From Candidatus Falkowbacteria bacterium (GTDB lineage Bacteria; Patescibacteriota; Patescibacteriia; Patescibacteriales; GWE2-39-37), in contig JAAXUA010000002.1 in NCBI GenBank assembly GCA_013336275.1, positions 127,904-191,903 on the forward strand: a stretch of 64,000 nt of DNA, written 5' to 3'. Shown here in pieces: positions 55,701 through 64,000 of this stretch (position 1 is the first letter of the stretch; each line of letters begins with the position of its first letter). Below the pieces are notes generated by a model. It worked only from the letters and a program-made list of their open reading frames with translations, ran no database searches and was not told the origin of the DNA. Both the position numbers and the translations under genes were made by a program.

Positions 55701-58700
55701 GATCGGTTCATATTCGTATAACGACTCTGATGGCGTCTCGATGTCGATGTTCATGCCCGACATCGAGCTCTCGACCGAGTATATGGTGCCGCGCAATGCC
55801 GCCTACATCGCTGTAGCTTGCGTGCCGAAGCATGGCACGACCACCCTGAGCATTTATAATCCAAGCAATGTTTTCGTGGCCAGTTCGACCTGCACCACTA
55901 CCCCGACCAATCCGGGGAAAAGGCTGTTCGGCGTAGCTGATGCCTCGACCTATGCTGCCGGTTCGCGCATCGTCTCGACTGACGGCAAACCGTTCTATGC
56001 TTATTATGAAGATGTCGAGCAGGTGGCGATTACTGGTGCCGGCGGCGACGAAAGCAATTTTTTGGGTGCAGTCCAAGCCAGGAAGCAGGCTACCACCACC
56101 CCGATAGTCACCTTGGGTGAGGAACAATCGAGCAAGATAGTTGTTTCGGGCAAAGTCTATAGCGACCAAGGCGTGACGCCCCTCCTGACCAGGCCGGTGG
56201 TCAATCTAGCTGTCGGCGGCACCTTTGTCGCTTCGACCACCGCCTCATCGACTGACGGCAGCTTTTCTATCGGTAATGTCACTATGCCGGAGACTGGCAG
56301 CAGTACCATCGTCTATCTTGCCAGCACGACTGTCTCCGGCGTCGCTTACGACCGCTACTCAGGCGCGGATAATGTCATAGGTTTGGATATTTATCAGAAC
56401 CACATCATCGTGCGCAACGATGATAGCGGTCCGGTCACCAACGCCACCATCGACCGCTATGACGCCGATCAGGATCCGTTCATCAAGGTCCTGGTGTCTT
56501 CTGGGAATATGTCAGCTTCTTCGACTCAGCGGCTCTATGTCTGGCCGGGGAGCACTTATCAGCCGGGCGGCACCGTGACGCTGCCTGCGGGCGGGGGCGG
56601 CATAGGCGGCAGCTTGGTGGTCGCCACCTCTTCGATCTTGAACGCCGAAGCCAATACGGTTTCCGTCGGTTCCAGTTGGACCAATCTGGGAGAATTCCAG
56701 AAGACCGGCGCGCAGACCACCATCTTCACTGCCGCTTCGGCAGGCTTCGTTATCAGCAACAGTACCTCGACTTTCAATAATGTGATTTTCAACGGTGGCG
56801 GCGGCTGGTCATTCGCCACCAGTACCACGCTTGATGGCAATCTGACCATGGCGACCGGCACCTTGTCGGGAACCAATAATATCACCGTCAACGGAGGGGC
56901 GGCCAGCGGTGCCGGACTGATCAATCTGACTGGCGGAACATTCACTCTTGCCGGCACCGGCGATTTCGGCGGTGCGGCCGACTGGTCCTTTTACGACTTG
57001 GCTTTCGGTAATGGAGTCGCAGTCGCAACTTCGACCAAGGCCGGCGTCGGTACGACTACGGTCGCCGACAGTTTGATCTTGAATTCGAACCACATTCTTG
57101 ATGCCGGCGTTTCGGTGTGGGTGGTAGCAGGGCCTGGTCCGGCCTTGTCCGGCAACGGCAGTTTGACCGCTTCAACCTCGCTTTTCCGGTTTGTCGCTGC
57201 TAGCGGAATCGATCTTGCGCCTAAGAGCTTTTATCGACTCGTCTTGGCGCCGGGAGCCGCCGGGTCGCCGACCTATACGTTGGGCGCGGGTACTTTGTCG
57301 ACGGCGGACTATCTTCTGATCGGCAACGGGACCAATCCGGTTACGGTCACCGCGGCGGCCAGCAATACCGCTTTGGATATAAACGGGGATTTCACCATCA
57401 ACGCCTCGGCCAGTTTTGCGGCGCCGACTTCGAGCGGCTTTACGGTAGCTGGCAATTGGGAAAATGACGGGACCTTCATCAATTCGGCGGGTACCATAAC
57501 CTTCGATGCCGACAGCGCTGGCAAGGTCATTAACGCCGGCGGTTCACTTTTCAGTAAAGTGGTTTTTAATGGCACGTCTGGCGGCTGGACGATCGGAGAG
57601 AGTGCCACCTCGACCAGCGACTGGACTTTGACCGCAGGAACTTTTATCGCTTCTTCATCGATCCTGATCGAGGTCGGCGGCTTGTTTTATAACGGCATCG
57701 GCGGAGCCTCAACTACTTGGGCCGGGACGACACTCTACCTGACGGGCGGATCGCAGACTATCAGCGCTTCCACCACTCCGCCTGAAACCTATGGCACCTT
57801 GAAGGTCGGCGTTAACACCGATATCCGGATGTGGAATTCCTCGGCTTCAGCTTATAGCGTCGATCCGACCGGCTCGCTCTATTCGATGGACCATGGCAAC
57901 TCCGATGGCGCGCTAAACATTTGGGGTGATTACCACATCTCTGCCGGGACGGATGAATGGAGCTGGCAGACGGATTTCGATGGCAGCGACCTGGGAGGAG
58001 CACAAAGACAGGTACAAGTAGCTCTGGCGTCCGGCGCTACAGTTTCAGTTGATGGCGGAACCTTGGAGATGGTCGGCTCAACCACTTTACCGACCACGAT
58101 CTCGAATCAGGGAAGCGGTACCTATTCATTCAATGTCAGTGCTGGCACCATTAATGCCGATTATTATCAAATCAATAATGCCGGGACTAGCGGCCTTAAT
58201 TTTTCCGGTTCGCCAGCCGTGAATTCTCTGAATAACGGCGATTTTCAGTTAGCTGGATCGACCGGTCAGGCTATTTCCTTGACCGCCAGCGTCATTAATG
58301 CCAATCCGGGCAAGGTCATCTACGGCTGCAACTTCGCTACCACCACGGCAATAACCGCGGCTTACAATATATTTTTGGCCTCGGCCGCTTCGAGCAACTG
58401 GACCTTTGCCAATCATACAGGCAATTTCGCCGGCGATAACTACGACAGCGATCCTGGTGATCCGACCGGTTACCTTATCTGGGATGATAGCCCGGTTTAT
58501 ACGCCGAAAGCCCGCAAGTGGCGCTGGTATAATGACATTAATGCCGAGACGCCGGTCGTCCCGACAGCCGATGAAGATACGATGCCGCAAAATATCGTCA
58601 ATGGCGCCGATTTCAAGCTCAGGCAATCGATCGGCTCGGTCAATATGGCCGGCAGCAACGTCAAGATGAGGTTGCAGTACTCGACCTCTCCGACTTTTTC

Positions 58701-61700
58701 AAGCGATGTGAATTTCGTCGGCGAAATCGCTTCAACGTCGGAGGCCTGGATATATACGAACGGCACTGATAGCGACAACGCGGCCGTTTCGTCGTTGCTC
58801 TTATCGGATTCTTCAGCCACCGCCACCCACAACGAGTCCGGCACCTCGGCCTCGACCTATACTCACGCCCTGGGCGCCGTAGCCGAGTGGGAGTTCACCT
58901 TATTAGCCGCCAGCACCACTCCCGGCACGACTTATTACTTCCGGCCATATTTCAATAATAAGCCGGTGACGCTCGAGGATGGCGCCACCCGTCCGAGCGT
59001 CTACATTGCCGACAATATCTCGATTTCCGGAGCGGTTTACAGCGATGACGGATTCAGCCAGCTTCTGAGCGGCCCGGTAGTCGGATTAGCAATCGGCACC
59101 CAGCTCATCGCCACCACTACCGCTTCGACTGTCGATGGCAGTTTCATATTCAATAATATCACTCAGTTTTCAGCCGGAGGTTCGACGGCGGTTTTTCTTG
59201 ATAACTCCGTGCTAGAAGCCTCGGGCGGCATCACCTACTTCAACTCCGCCTCGACTCCGGCCGACAACGGCTCTAGCGCTACGAACCCGACCGTCGTTAC
59301 TCCACCTGTAAATATGCGAGCCGGAGATTTAGTTATACTTGAGGCGGCTCACGCTGCCGCATCGGGCGTGCTGGCCATCTCTAATGCCGGCGGCCAGACG
59401 TGGAATACGTTGACGCAGCAGAATGGGGCAGGCAATCATCGAGTCAATTTATTTTGGACTCAGTTCAACGGAACTTGGAGCGCCAACCCAAGCGTCAATA
59501 TGGTTTCGGCAGTCAATAATATCGTCGTGATGCATGTCTTCCGTCCCGGTTATTCCGGAAGCACCTGGGCAATCGATGTGCCAGAAACGAGCAACACTTA
59601 TGCCGCCGCCTCGCCGGTCACGATTACTGGCATAACGACTCAGAGCGACGGCGCCCTGGTGTTCGCGGCTTGGACTAGCGCCGATGATAACACTTGGGGC
59701 ACTTTGACGGCCGGCTGGAGCGTGGCCGGTTCTGCCCAGTATCGCAACACGAATGGCACCAGCGACCAGTCGATCAGTTCGGCGTATCGGATTTTTCCTA
59801 CAGCCACCAGCACTGGCAATGTCAGCAAGAGCCAGCTGGCCTTAGGCCCCGATGCTGGTACAAGATATATTATCGCTTTTAAGGAGGTCAAGCCGGCCTC
59901 TACTTATGGCGTCAGCTTCAACCGTTACGCCGGTTCAGGCGACGTGGCCAATCTCGACGTTTACCAGGACAGGGTCGTTGTCCGTAATGATGATGCCGGA
60001 CCGATCACCAACTCAGATATCAATAATTATGACGCTGACCAGAATTCGCAGATCAAGGCCGGCGTCGCATCTAGTAATCTGACTTTGCCGGCGTCGCAGA
60101 TGCTTTATATCTGGCCCAATAGCACTTTCCGACCAGGAGGGCAGGTCGCCTTGCTGCCAGGCGCCGCGCCAGCCGCGATTGGCGGAGATTTGCTGATCAA
60201 TACCGGGTCCATCTTCAATGCCGAATCGAATGCCGTTTCGATCGGGGGCAATTGGACCAATCTGGGAGAATTCCAATCGAATGCCGGAGAAACAGTCTCA
60301 TTTACGGCCACCTCCACCGGTTACGATATCACGACCGGCGGCTTCGGCTTCAAGGATCTGGCCTTCACCGGTGTCGGCGGCGGCTGGTCTTTCTCTGATA
60401 CGGCGACCATCAACGGCAACCTGAATATGGCTACGGGCACACTGTCCGGTACGACCAGCGTCTTGGTCAAGGGCGGCAGTGCGACCGGGGACGGCACGAT
60501 CAATCTGACTGGTGGCATATTCACTATCGACGGTACCGGAATTTTCGGCGGCGCGACCGATTGGAGCTTCTACGGACTGGAAATCGGCGATGCCGTCTGG
60601 ACTGATGTCACCTCGAAGACGGGTACCAACAACATCTTGGTCCGCGGCCCGATGACTATCAATAGCGGACAGACGCTCAATGCCAGTACTAGTACCTGGA
60701 CTCTGGCGGGTAACGGCAATCCGCTGGCAGTCGATGGTGTTTTTAATCCGGAACAGTCCACTTTCAAATTTACGTCCGTCAACAATATCGATCTTACGCC
60801 GGTCACTTTCTACAATTTGGAGCTGTCGCCCAGCGGTGCCGGTTCGCCGACTTACGCGTTCTACGGCGGTACGCTGGCGACGAACAATTATCTATATATC
60901 GGCGATGGCACCAATCCGGTCACGGTAACGACCAATGTCGACAATCCGGTCTTCGATATCAATGGCGACTTCTCGATCCGCAGCGGCGCCACTTTCGTCG
61001 GCTCAGCCTTCAGCCCGTTCTATGCCGGAGGAGATTGGCAGAATAACGGAACTTATGCCAGCAATAACGGCACCGTAGTCTTCGATGCCGCCGCCACGGG
61101 CAAGACGGTCGATGCGGGAGACTCGCCTTTCCACAACGTCGAGTTCAACGGACCGTCTGGGGGGTGGACCGTGAACGCCAACGCCACCTCGACCAACGGC
61201 TTCAGCCTGCTTGCCGGCCAGGACTTCACTCTTTCTCCGGCCGCGACTCTGGTAGTGTCTAATATTTTCAATAATGCCTTCAACCCCGCCTCGACCACCT
61301 GGACCGGCTCGATCCTTCACTTCGCCGGCAGCTCGCGGACTATCAATGGCAAAGCCAGCACCTCGGACGCTTATGGCACCATCAAGGTCGGAGCTGATAC
61401 CGATATCAGGATGTGGAATTCTTCGGCCACTGCTTACGATATCGACCCGACCAGCTCGTTCTATTCGATGGATCATGGCAATATCGACGGTTCGCTCTTC
61501 ATCTGGGGGGATTACCACGTCGGAGCAGGGCAGACCGAGTACTGGAATTGGCAGACCGACTTCGACGGCGTTTCGCTCTCCGGTTCGGAGCGCCAAGCGA
61601 ACGTGCGGCTGGCCTCGAGCACTAACGTCACCGTTGATGGCGGCACCTTGCAGCTGTTAGGTACCTCGACCGCTACGACGACAGTAGATAATCAGGGTTC

Positions 61701-63123
61701 CGGACGCTACGGCCTAGCCGTCACCTCCGGCACACTTAACGCCGATCGCTACAATATCGGCAATACCGATTCTAACGGGCTATCTTTGTCCGGCACCTCA
61801 GTCATCACTTCTCTGGATAATGGCGAATACGTTCTCGGCACCAATGGCGGCACTTCGATTACCGTCACCCCTGGCCTCATGGCAGCCAACCCGTCCAAGA
61901 CGATCAGCGGCTGCAGCTTCGCTACCTCGACCGGAATATCGGGCTACAACGTGGCTTTGGGCAGCGCAGCCACGACCGAATGGACATTTATGGGACTCCT
62001 CGGCAACATAGCTGGCGAAGATTTTGACAACGATGCCGGTGATCCCCGAGGTTATATCCTTTGGGACAATAGCCCGACTTATGTACCGCTGTCGCAGAAA
62101 TGGCGCTGGTACCATGATGAAGAAAACGAGACCCCGACCGCGGCGGTGGCAGGAGAAGAAGTCGCGCCAGCAGGAATCGCCCGTGGCAATGTCCTCAAAT
62201 TAAGGCTTTCGATCAAGGCGACCAATGGCTTGGCCGGCAGCAACGTGAAGATGAAGCTGCAGTATTCGACTTTTTCTGATTTTTCAAGCGATGTGAATTT
62301 CGTCGGCGAAATAGGTTCCTCATCATCGATCTGGAATTACGGCGATGGCGTCGATGCTGACAACGACCCGATAATCTCTACCACACTGTCCGATTCCGAT
62401 GCCACTTCCACTCATAACGAGTCTGGCATCTCGACTTCGACCTATATGCATAACGCTGACGAGGTTGCCGAATGGGAGTTTACGATCGTCAACAACGGTG
62501 CCACAAATGGAACGACCTACTTTTTCCGAGCCTATACCGACCAATATAACGTCCAGGGGGTTGAACCGAATCTGGGAAGTTTTTATCCGAGTTTGACCCC
62601 TGGGAATGAGTCTCTCGGCACCGCGCTTTCCGGTTTGCCAGGAGGCACGGCGACTGAAGGGGTGGTGACCGATATCGCCACCGATGAAATAACGATACCG
62701 TTCGGCAATCTGCCATTCGAGACTTCGGTCACTGGCGCCCATCGCCTGCTGATTTCGACCAACGCGGAGAGCGGGTATCAGCTGTTCGTCAAACAGAACC
62801 AAGACCTGATTAACGGCCATGGCATTACGATTGACGCGGTCGCGGCTGATAATAGCAACCCGCAAGCCTGGCCCATGACTCCTGATCCGGCCGCTTTCGG
62901 TTATCATACGAGCGATGACACGCTTTCAGGCGCTTCGCCATCGCGCTTCGCCCCCAACAATAGCTACGCCAAGTTTGAAACGAGCATACAGGAGGTCGGA
63001 TACAGCCCGATCCCGGTCACTAACGACCCGATCGATCTTATTTACCGCATCCAGATCAGCGATCAGCAGCAGCCCGGTGACTACGTGACCCAAGTCGAGT
63101 ACATCCTGGTGCCGACATATTAA
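52783..63123 (+). CDS. Giant (3446 aa) cell-surface protein with N-terminal TM anchor, acidic low-complexity region, DUF2341-like domain and an internal duplication of about 1100 aa
   Basis: The TM is AIGLFFLFWTITGVGPIELL. The acidic region is EEPDQDAEALDAKQPEAVAENDG... The DUF2341-like segment is WWNGSWPYKLPITINN...DGSDIRF....LDFWVQYFN....QIWVQVDSIP...QIYLYYGN. A duplicated block starts with GVAYDRYSGADNVIGLDIYQNHIIVRNDDSGP and repeats as GVSFNRYAGSGDVANLDVYQDRVVVRNDDAGP. Confidence 0.75.
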   Translation: MLKKVKTIISKTKRLFAQNKQELRRSRPAVRLMQDIVPPSVLRISNEVLGIKEYSSDNLKIFGRAWRGAIGLFFLFWTITGVGPIELLRNSVAALAGEDIKAVNLYAGNCSGGIAASSSWQGVGNASGAPSLEEGASSTDFNAANSAAYRGGRDSLVCAGFTTEQPEIMKVDLEEPDQDAEALDAKQPEAVAENDGQDIPADSPVAAAEEAPAPAAEKEDKVEVIIEEPVVTSDEPSAAEQATEQPTEISPEPVLETDIPAEQAEPSQLQEAAEAIVETVAEIKEAVDYLVDQVVLMAGAKEDKAELKDLGRLKGAKINLSLAQSFAGQAELGSDNSGETASASTTASRGVKVLYSTDMPGADSPDSKQWHELADLPEIDLSACAEATSSDCYIAALAGYAQAGRLSFDAPELKSWQDVEGLQVKIEGQSENGDYGLDLDSVWVTAEYDGNKEEIDLDDGYETADKIFVDGKEIVFEFTDDNSDENLIIKSNSKDYFGVTDAIVYFSVTNASTERELVNLQVHFPEDKGSVAKLEQLNRNIWTEAELEGGELPPPNVFKQVFGQEIKRKHVPETMRAKNSTKGSGQALAPGKTRYYKMRIAYPASTRGEFFIEAMGDGQGYGLLDPWWNGSWPYKLPITINNTANSSALTDYQVLVEIASTTAGFWDNVNADGSDIRFVNSAQDTQLDFWVQYFNKTSSSTQIWVQVDSIPAASSSQIYLYYGNAAAASTSDMYSTFSYATMQDLYYVVRNGTVSTTTVTVVSLIDNNQVQLNNGTTYNLNRQQIATITPLTATSTLRAKGPVQASITGVAAGATMVPISYAGTQFVMPFSSGTTETWSRYAPFLRATTTIYNGNTLGNTTAINPGFAASTAYNITTAGRLLSTNPILASYYATTAAYSGAIYPATTRDLYGIRSGTNPIGFTATTTFAIYCSSGASATNQVGSTTAAYLNTTCATVTEGGGNAVRLTNQTYPIGSYSYNDSDGVSMSMFMPDIELSTEYMVPRNAAYIAVACVPKHGTTTLSIYNPSNVFVASSTCTTTPTNPGKRLFGVADASTYAAGSRIVSTDGKPFYAYYEDVEQVAITGAGGDESNFLGAVQARKQATTTPIVTLGEEQSSKIVVSGKVYSDQGVTPLLTRPVVNLAVGGTFVASTTASSTDGSFSIGNVTMPETGSSTIVYLASTTVSGVAYDRYSGADNVIGLDIYQNHIIVRNDDSGPVTNATIDRYDADQDPFIKVLVSSGNMSASSTQRLYVWPGSTYQPGGTVTLPAGGGGIGGSLVVATSSILNAEANTVSVGSSWTNLGEFQKTGAQTTIFTAASAGFVISNSTSTFNNVIFNGGGGWSFATSTTLDGNLTMATGTLSGTNNITVNGGAASGAGLINLTGGTFTLAGTGDFGGAADWSFYDLAFGNGVAVATSTKAGVGTTTVADSLILNSNHILDAGVSVWVVAGPGPALSGNGSLTASTSLFRFVAASGIDLAPKSFYRLVLAPGAAGSPTYTLGAGTLSTADYLLIGNGTNPVTVTAAASNTALDINGDFTINASASFAAPTSSGFTVAGNWENDGTFINSAGTITFDADSAGKVINAGGSLFSKVVFNGTSGGWTIGESATSTSDWTLTAGTFIASSSILIEVGGLFYNGIGGASTTWAGTTLYLTGGSQTISASTTPPETYGTLKVGVNTDIRMWNSSASAYSVDPTGSLYSMDHGNSDGALNIWGDYHISAGTDEWSWQTDFDGSDLGGAQRQVQVALASGATVSVDGGTLEMVGSTTLPTTISNQGSGTYSFNVSAGTINADYYQINNAGTSGLNFSGSPAVNSLNNGDFQLAGSTGQAISLTASVINANPGKVIYGCNFATTTAITAAYNIFLASAASSNWTFANHTGNFAGDNYDSDPGDPTGYLIWDDSPVYTPKARKWRWYNDINAETPVVPTADEDTMPQNIVNGADFKLRQSIGSVNMAGSNVKMRLQYSTSPTFSSDVNFVGEIASTSEAWIYTNGTDSDNAAVSSLLLSDSSATATHNESGTSASTYTHALGAVAEWEFTLLAASTTPGTTYYFRPYFNNKPVTLEDGATRPSVYIADNISISGAVYSDDGFSQLLSGPVVGLAIGTQLIATTTASTVDGSFIFNNITQFSAGGSTAVFLDNSVLEASGGITYFNSASTPADNGSSATNPTVVTPPVNMRAGDLVILEAAHAAASGVLAISNAGGQTWNTLTQQNGAGNHRVNLFWTQFNGTWSANPSVNMVSAVNNIVVMHVFRPGYSGSTWAIDVPETSNTYAAASPVTITGITTQSDGALVFAAWTSADDNTWGTLTAGWSVAGSAQYRNTNGTSDQSISSAYRIFPTATSTGNVSKSQLALGPDAGTRYIIAFKEVKPASTYGVSFNRYAGSGDVANLDVYQDRVVVRNDDAGPITNSDINNYDADQNSQIKAGVASSNLTLPASQMLYIWPNSTFRPGGQVALLPGAAPAAIGGDLLINTGSIFNAESNAVSIGGNWTNLGEFQSNAGETVSFTATSTGYDITTGGFGFKDLAFTGVGGGWSFSDTATINGNLNMATGTLSGTTSVLVKGGSATGDGTINLTGGIFTIDGTGIFGGATDWSFYGLEIGDAVWTDVTSKTGTNNILVRGPMTINSGQTLNASTSTWTLAGNGNPLAVDGVFNPEQSTFKFTSVNNIDLTPVTFYNLELSPSGAGSPTYAFYGGTLATNNYLYIGDGTNPVTVTTNVDNPVFDINGDFSIRSGATFVGSAFSPFYAGGDWQNNGTYASNNGTVVFDAAATGKTVDAGDSPFHNVEFNGPSGGWTVNANATSTNGFSLLAGQDFTLSPAATLVVSNIFNNAFNPASTTWTGSILHFAGSSRTINGKASTSDAYGTIKVGADTDIRMWNSSATAYDIDPTSSFYSMDHGNIDGSLFIWGDYHVGAGQTEYWNWQTDFDGVSLSGSERQANVRLASSTNVTVDGGTLQLLGTSTATTTVDNQGSGRYGLAVTSGTLNADRYNIGNTDSNGLSLSGTSVITSLDNGEYVLGTNGGTSITVTPGLMAANPSKTISGCSFATSTGISGYNVALGSAATTEWTFMGLLGNIAGEDFDNDAGDPRGYILWDNSPTYVPLSQKWRWYHDEENETPTAAVAGEEVAPAGIARGNVLKLRLSIKATNGLAGSNVKMKLQYSTFSDFSSDVNFVGEIGSSSSIWNYGDGVDADNDPIISTTLSDSDATSTHNESGISTSTYMHNADEVAEWEFTIVNNGATNGTTYFFRAYTDQYNVQGVEPNLGSFYPSLTPGNESLGTALSGLPGGTATEGVVTDIATDEITIPFGNLPFETSVTGAHRLLISTNAESGYQLFVKQNQDLINGHGITIDAVAADNSNPQAWPMTPDPAAFGYHTSDDTLSGASPSRFAPNNSYAKFETSIQEVGYSPIPVTNDPIDLIYRIQISDQQQPGDYVTQVEYILVPTY

Positions 63124-63130
63124 ACTGAAT

Positions 63131-63865
63131 ATGAAAAAAGCTAGCACAATCGCCGCCTTATTATTGCTTCTGCTCTTGGTCACAGGCTGCGATTTGAGTT
63201 TCGGCAGCAAAGGCAGGGAGCAGCCGGAGGTGCTGATTGCCCAAGAATGCGGCATGGATGGACTCAAGTGTTGCGTTACCGAACCCACCTGTTCTTATGG
63301 CCAGAAATGCTGCACCGACCCGGCCGATCCGAGCCGTAACCGTTGCGCCGATGAGTGCGGTTGCGGCGGGCAAGAGGAATTCTGTTGCGTCGACGGTCCG
63401 AAATGTAAAGCCGGGCTATCGTGCCAATCGGGCAATTGCCAATTGTGCGGTATCGAAGGCAAAGCTTGCTGTGCAGGCGATGATGGCAACATCCTGACTG
63501 ACGGTCTGGACGGTTATAATCCGGCCTGTCCGGGCAAAGCGGCCAGTTCCACGGCCTTAGCTTGTCAGAATAATGCTTGCGTCGCCTGCGGATTGCCAGG
63601 GAATCCTTGTTGTATCGTCGGAGATAAATGTTTGAGTCCGGCAACCGGCCAGGCGGAGTGCGCTGACAGCGTTTGCCGTCTTTGCGGCGCCAATGGACAA
63701 CCAGCCTGCCAGACGGAGCCATTCTGCCAGTCAGGACATCTGTTAAACAACGGCAGTTGCCTCCCTTGCGGCCAGACAAATCAGCCGTGCTGCCAGGACT
63801 CTCAAGGTCTGCAGACTTGCGATGGCCAGAAGAATCTGATTTGCGAACTGGGTTTTTGCAAGTAG
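63131..63865 (+). CDS. Cysteine-rich repeat lipoprotein
   Basis: The lipobox is LLLLVTGC. The body has repeated CC/CxxC-containing modules (KCCVTEPTC, QKCCTDPAD, EFCCVDGPKC, GNCQLCG..KACCAGDDG, NACVACGLPGNPCCIVGDKC, VCRLCGANGQPACQ, SCLPCGQTNQPCCQD). Confidence 0.6.
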   Translation: MKKASTIAALLLLLLLVTGCDLSFGSKGREQPEVLIAQECGMDGLKCCVTEPTCSYGQKCCTDPADPSRNRCADECGCGGQEEFCCVDGPKCKAGLSCQSGNCQLCGIEGKACCAGDDGNILTDGLDGYNPACPGKAASSTALACQNNACVACGLPGNPCCIVGDKCLSPATGQAECADSVCRLCGANGQPACQTEPFCQSGHLLNNGSCLPCGQTNQPCCQDSQGLQTCDGQKNLICELGFCK

Positions 63866-64000
63866 TCGGATTTACTGATCAAGTTGTGGATAAAAAACAT
63901 GGCAAGAGCATAAGGGCGGGTAAAAATTGAAAAAACAACGCCTGACAAAGCTAGGAATAAGTGAATAAAAAGCTAATATTAAAATAAATTTTAGTGAGGT

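Overview
This is a 64-kb bacterial contig fragment of about 55% GC. Nearly all genes lie on the + strand, and many plus-strand genes are followed by Rho-independent terminator hairpins. The backbone is housekeeping: ligA, gatC-gatA, a DsbA-like oxidoreductase, the dnaG-rpoD operon, greA, guaB-purA, a ZIP transporter, an RRM RNA-binding protein and an ABC-F ATPase. Two tRNA genes are present, tRNA-Ser(GGA) and tRNA-Asn(GTT). Between the backbone genes are accessory and cell-surface modules. At the 5' end is a prepilin-peptidase/pseudopilin locus (glycosyltransferase - methyltransferase - PilD - secreted repeat protein - four prepilin-type proteins). Downstream of tRNA-Asn lies a low-GC island of small hypothetical or membrane proteins. 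Next come an orphan hypC-hypD-hypE hydrogenase-maturation cluster and a HypF protein that has only the C-terminal domain, with no hydrogenase structural genes in the window. Between greA and guaB is a NOX/ferric-reductase-like electron-transfer chain split across separate genes and accompanied by an ApbE flavin transferase. Several very large secreted or anchored proteins follow, including a GH-A glycoside hydrolase, a protein of four tandem repeats, a lamin-tail-domain protein and a 3446-aa DUF2341 giant protein. The giant-protein gene is preceded by a membrane-anchored HTH protein and a pair of perfect palindromic operator-like sites. No CRISPR array, transposase, integrase or rRNA was seen. 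The gene content (giant surface proteins, pseudopilins, lamin-tail domain, hydrogenase-maturation and purine-salvage genes) fits an uncultivated lineage, possibly CPR/Patescibacteria-like, but I cannot place it taxonomically. All calls come from reading motifs in the supplied translations; no database search was possible.
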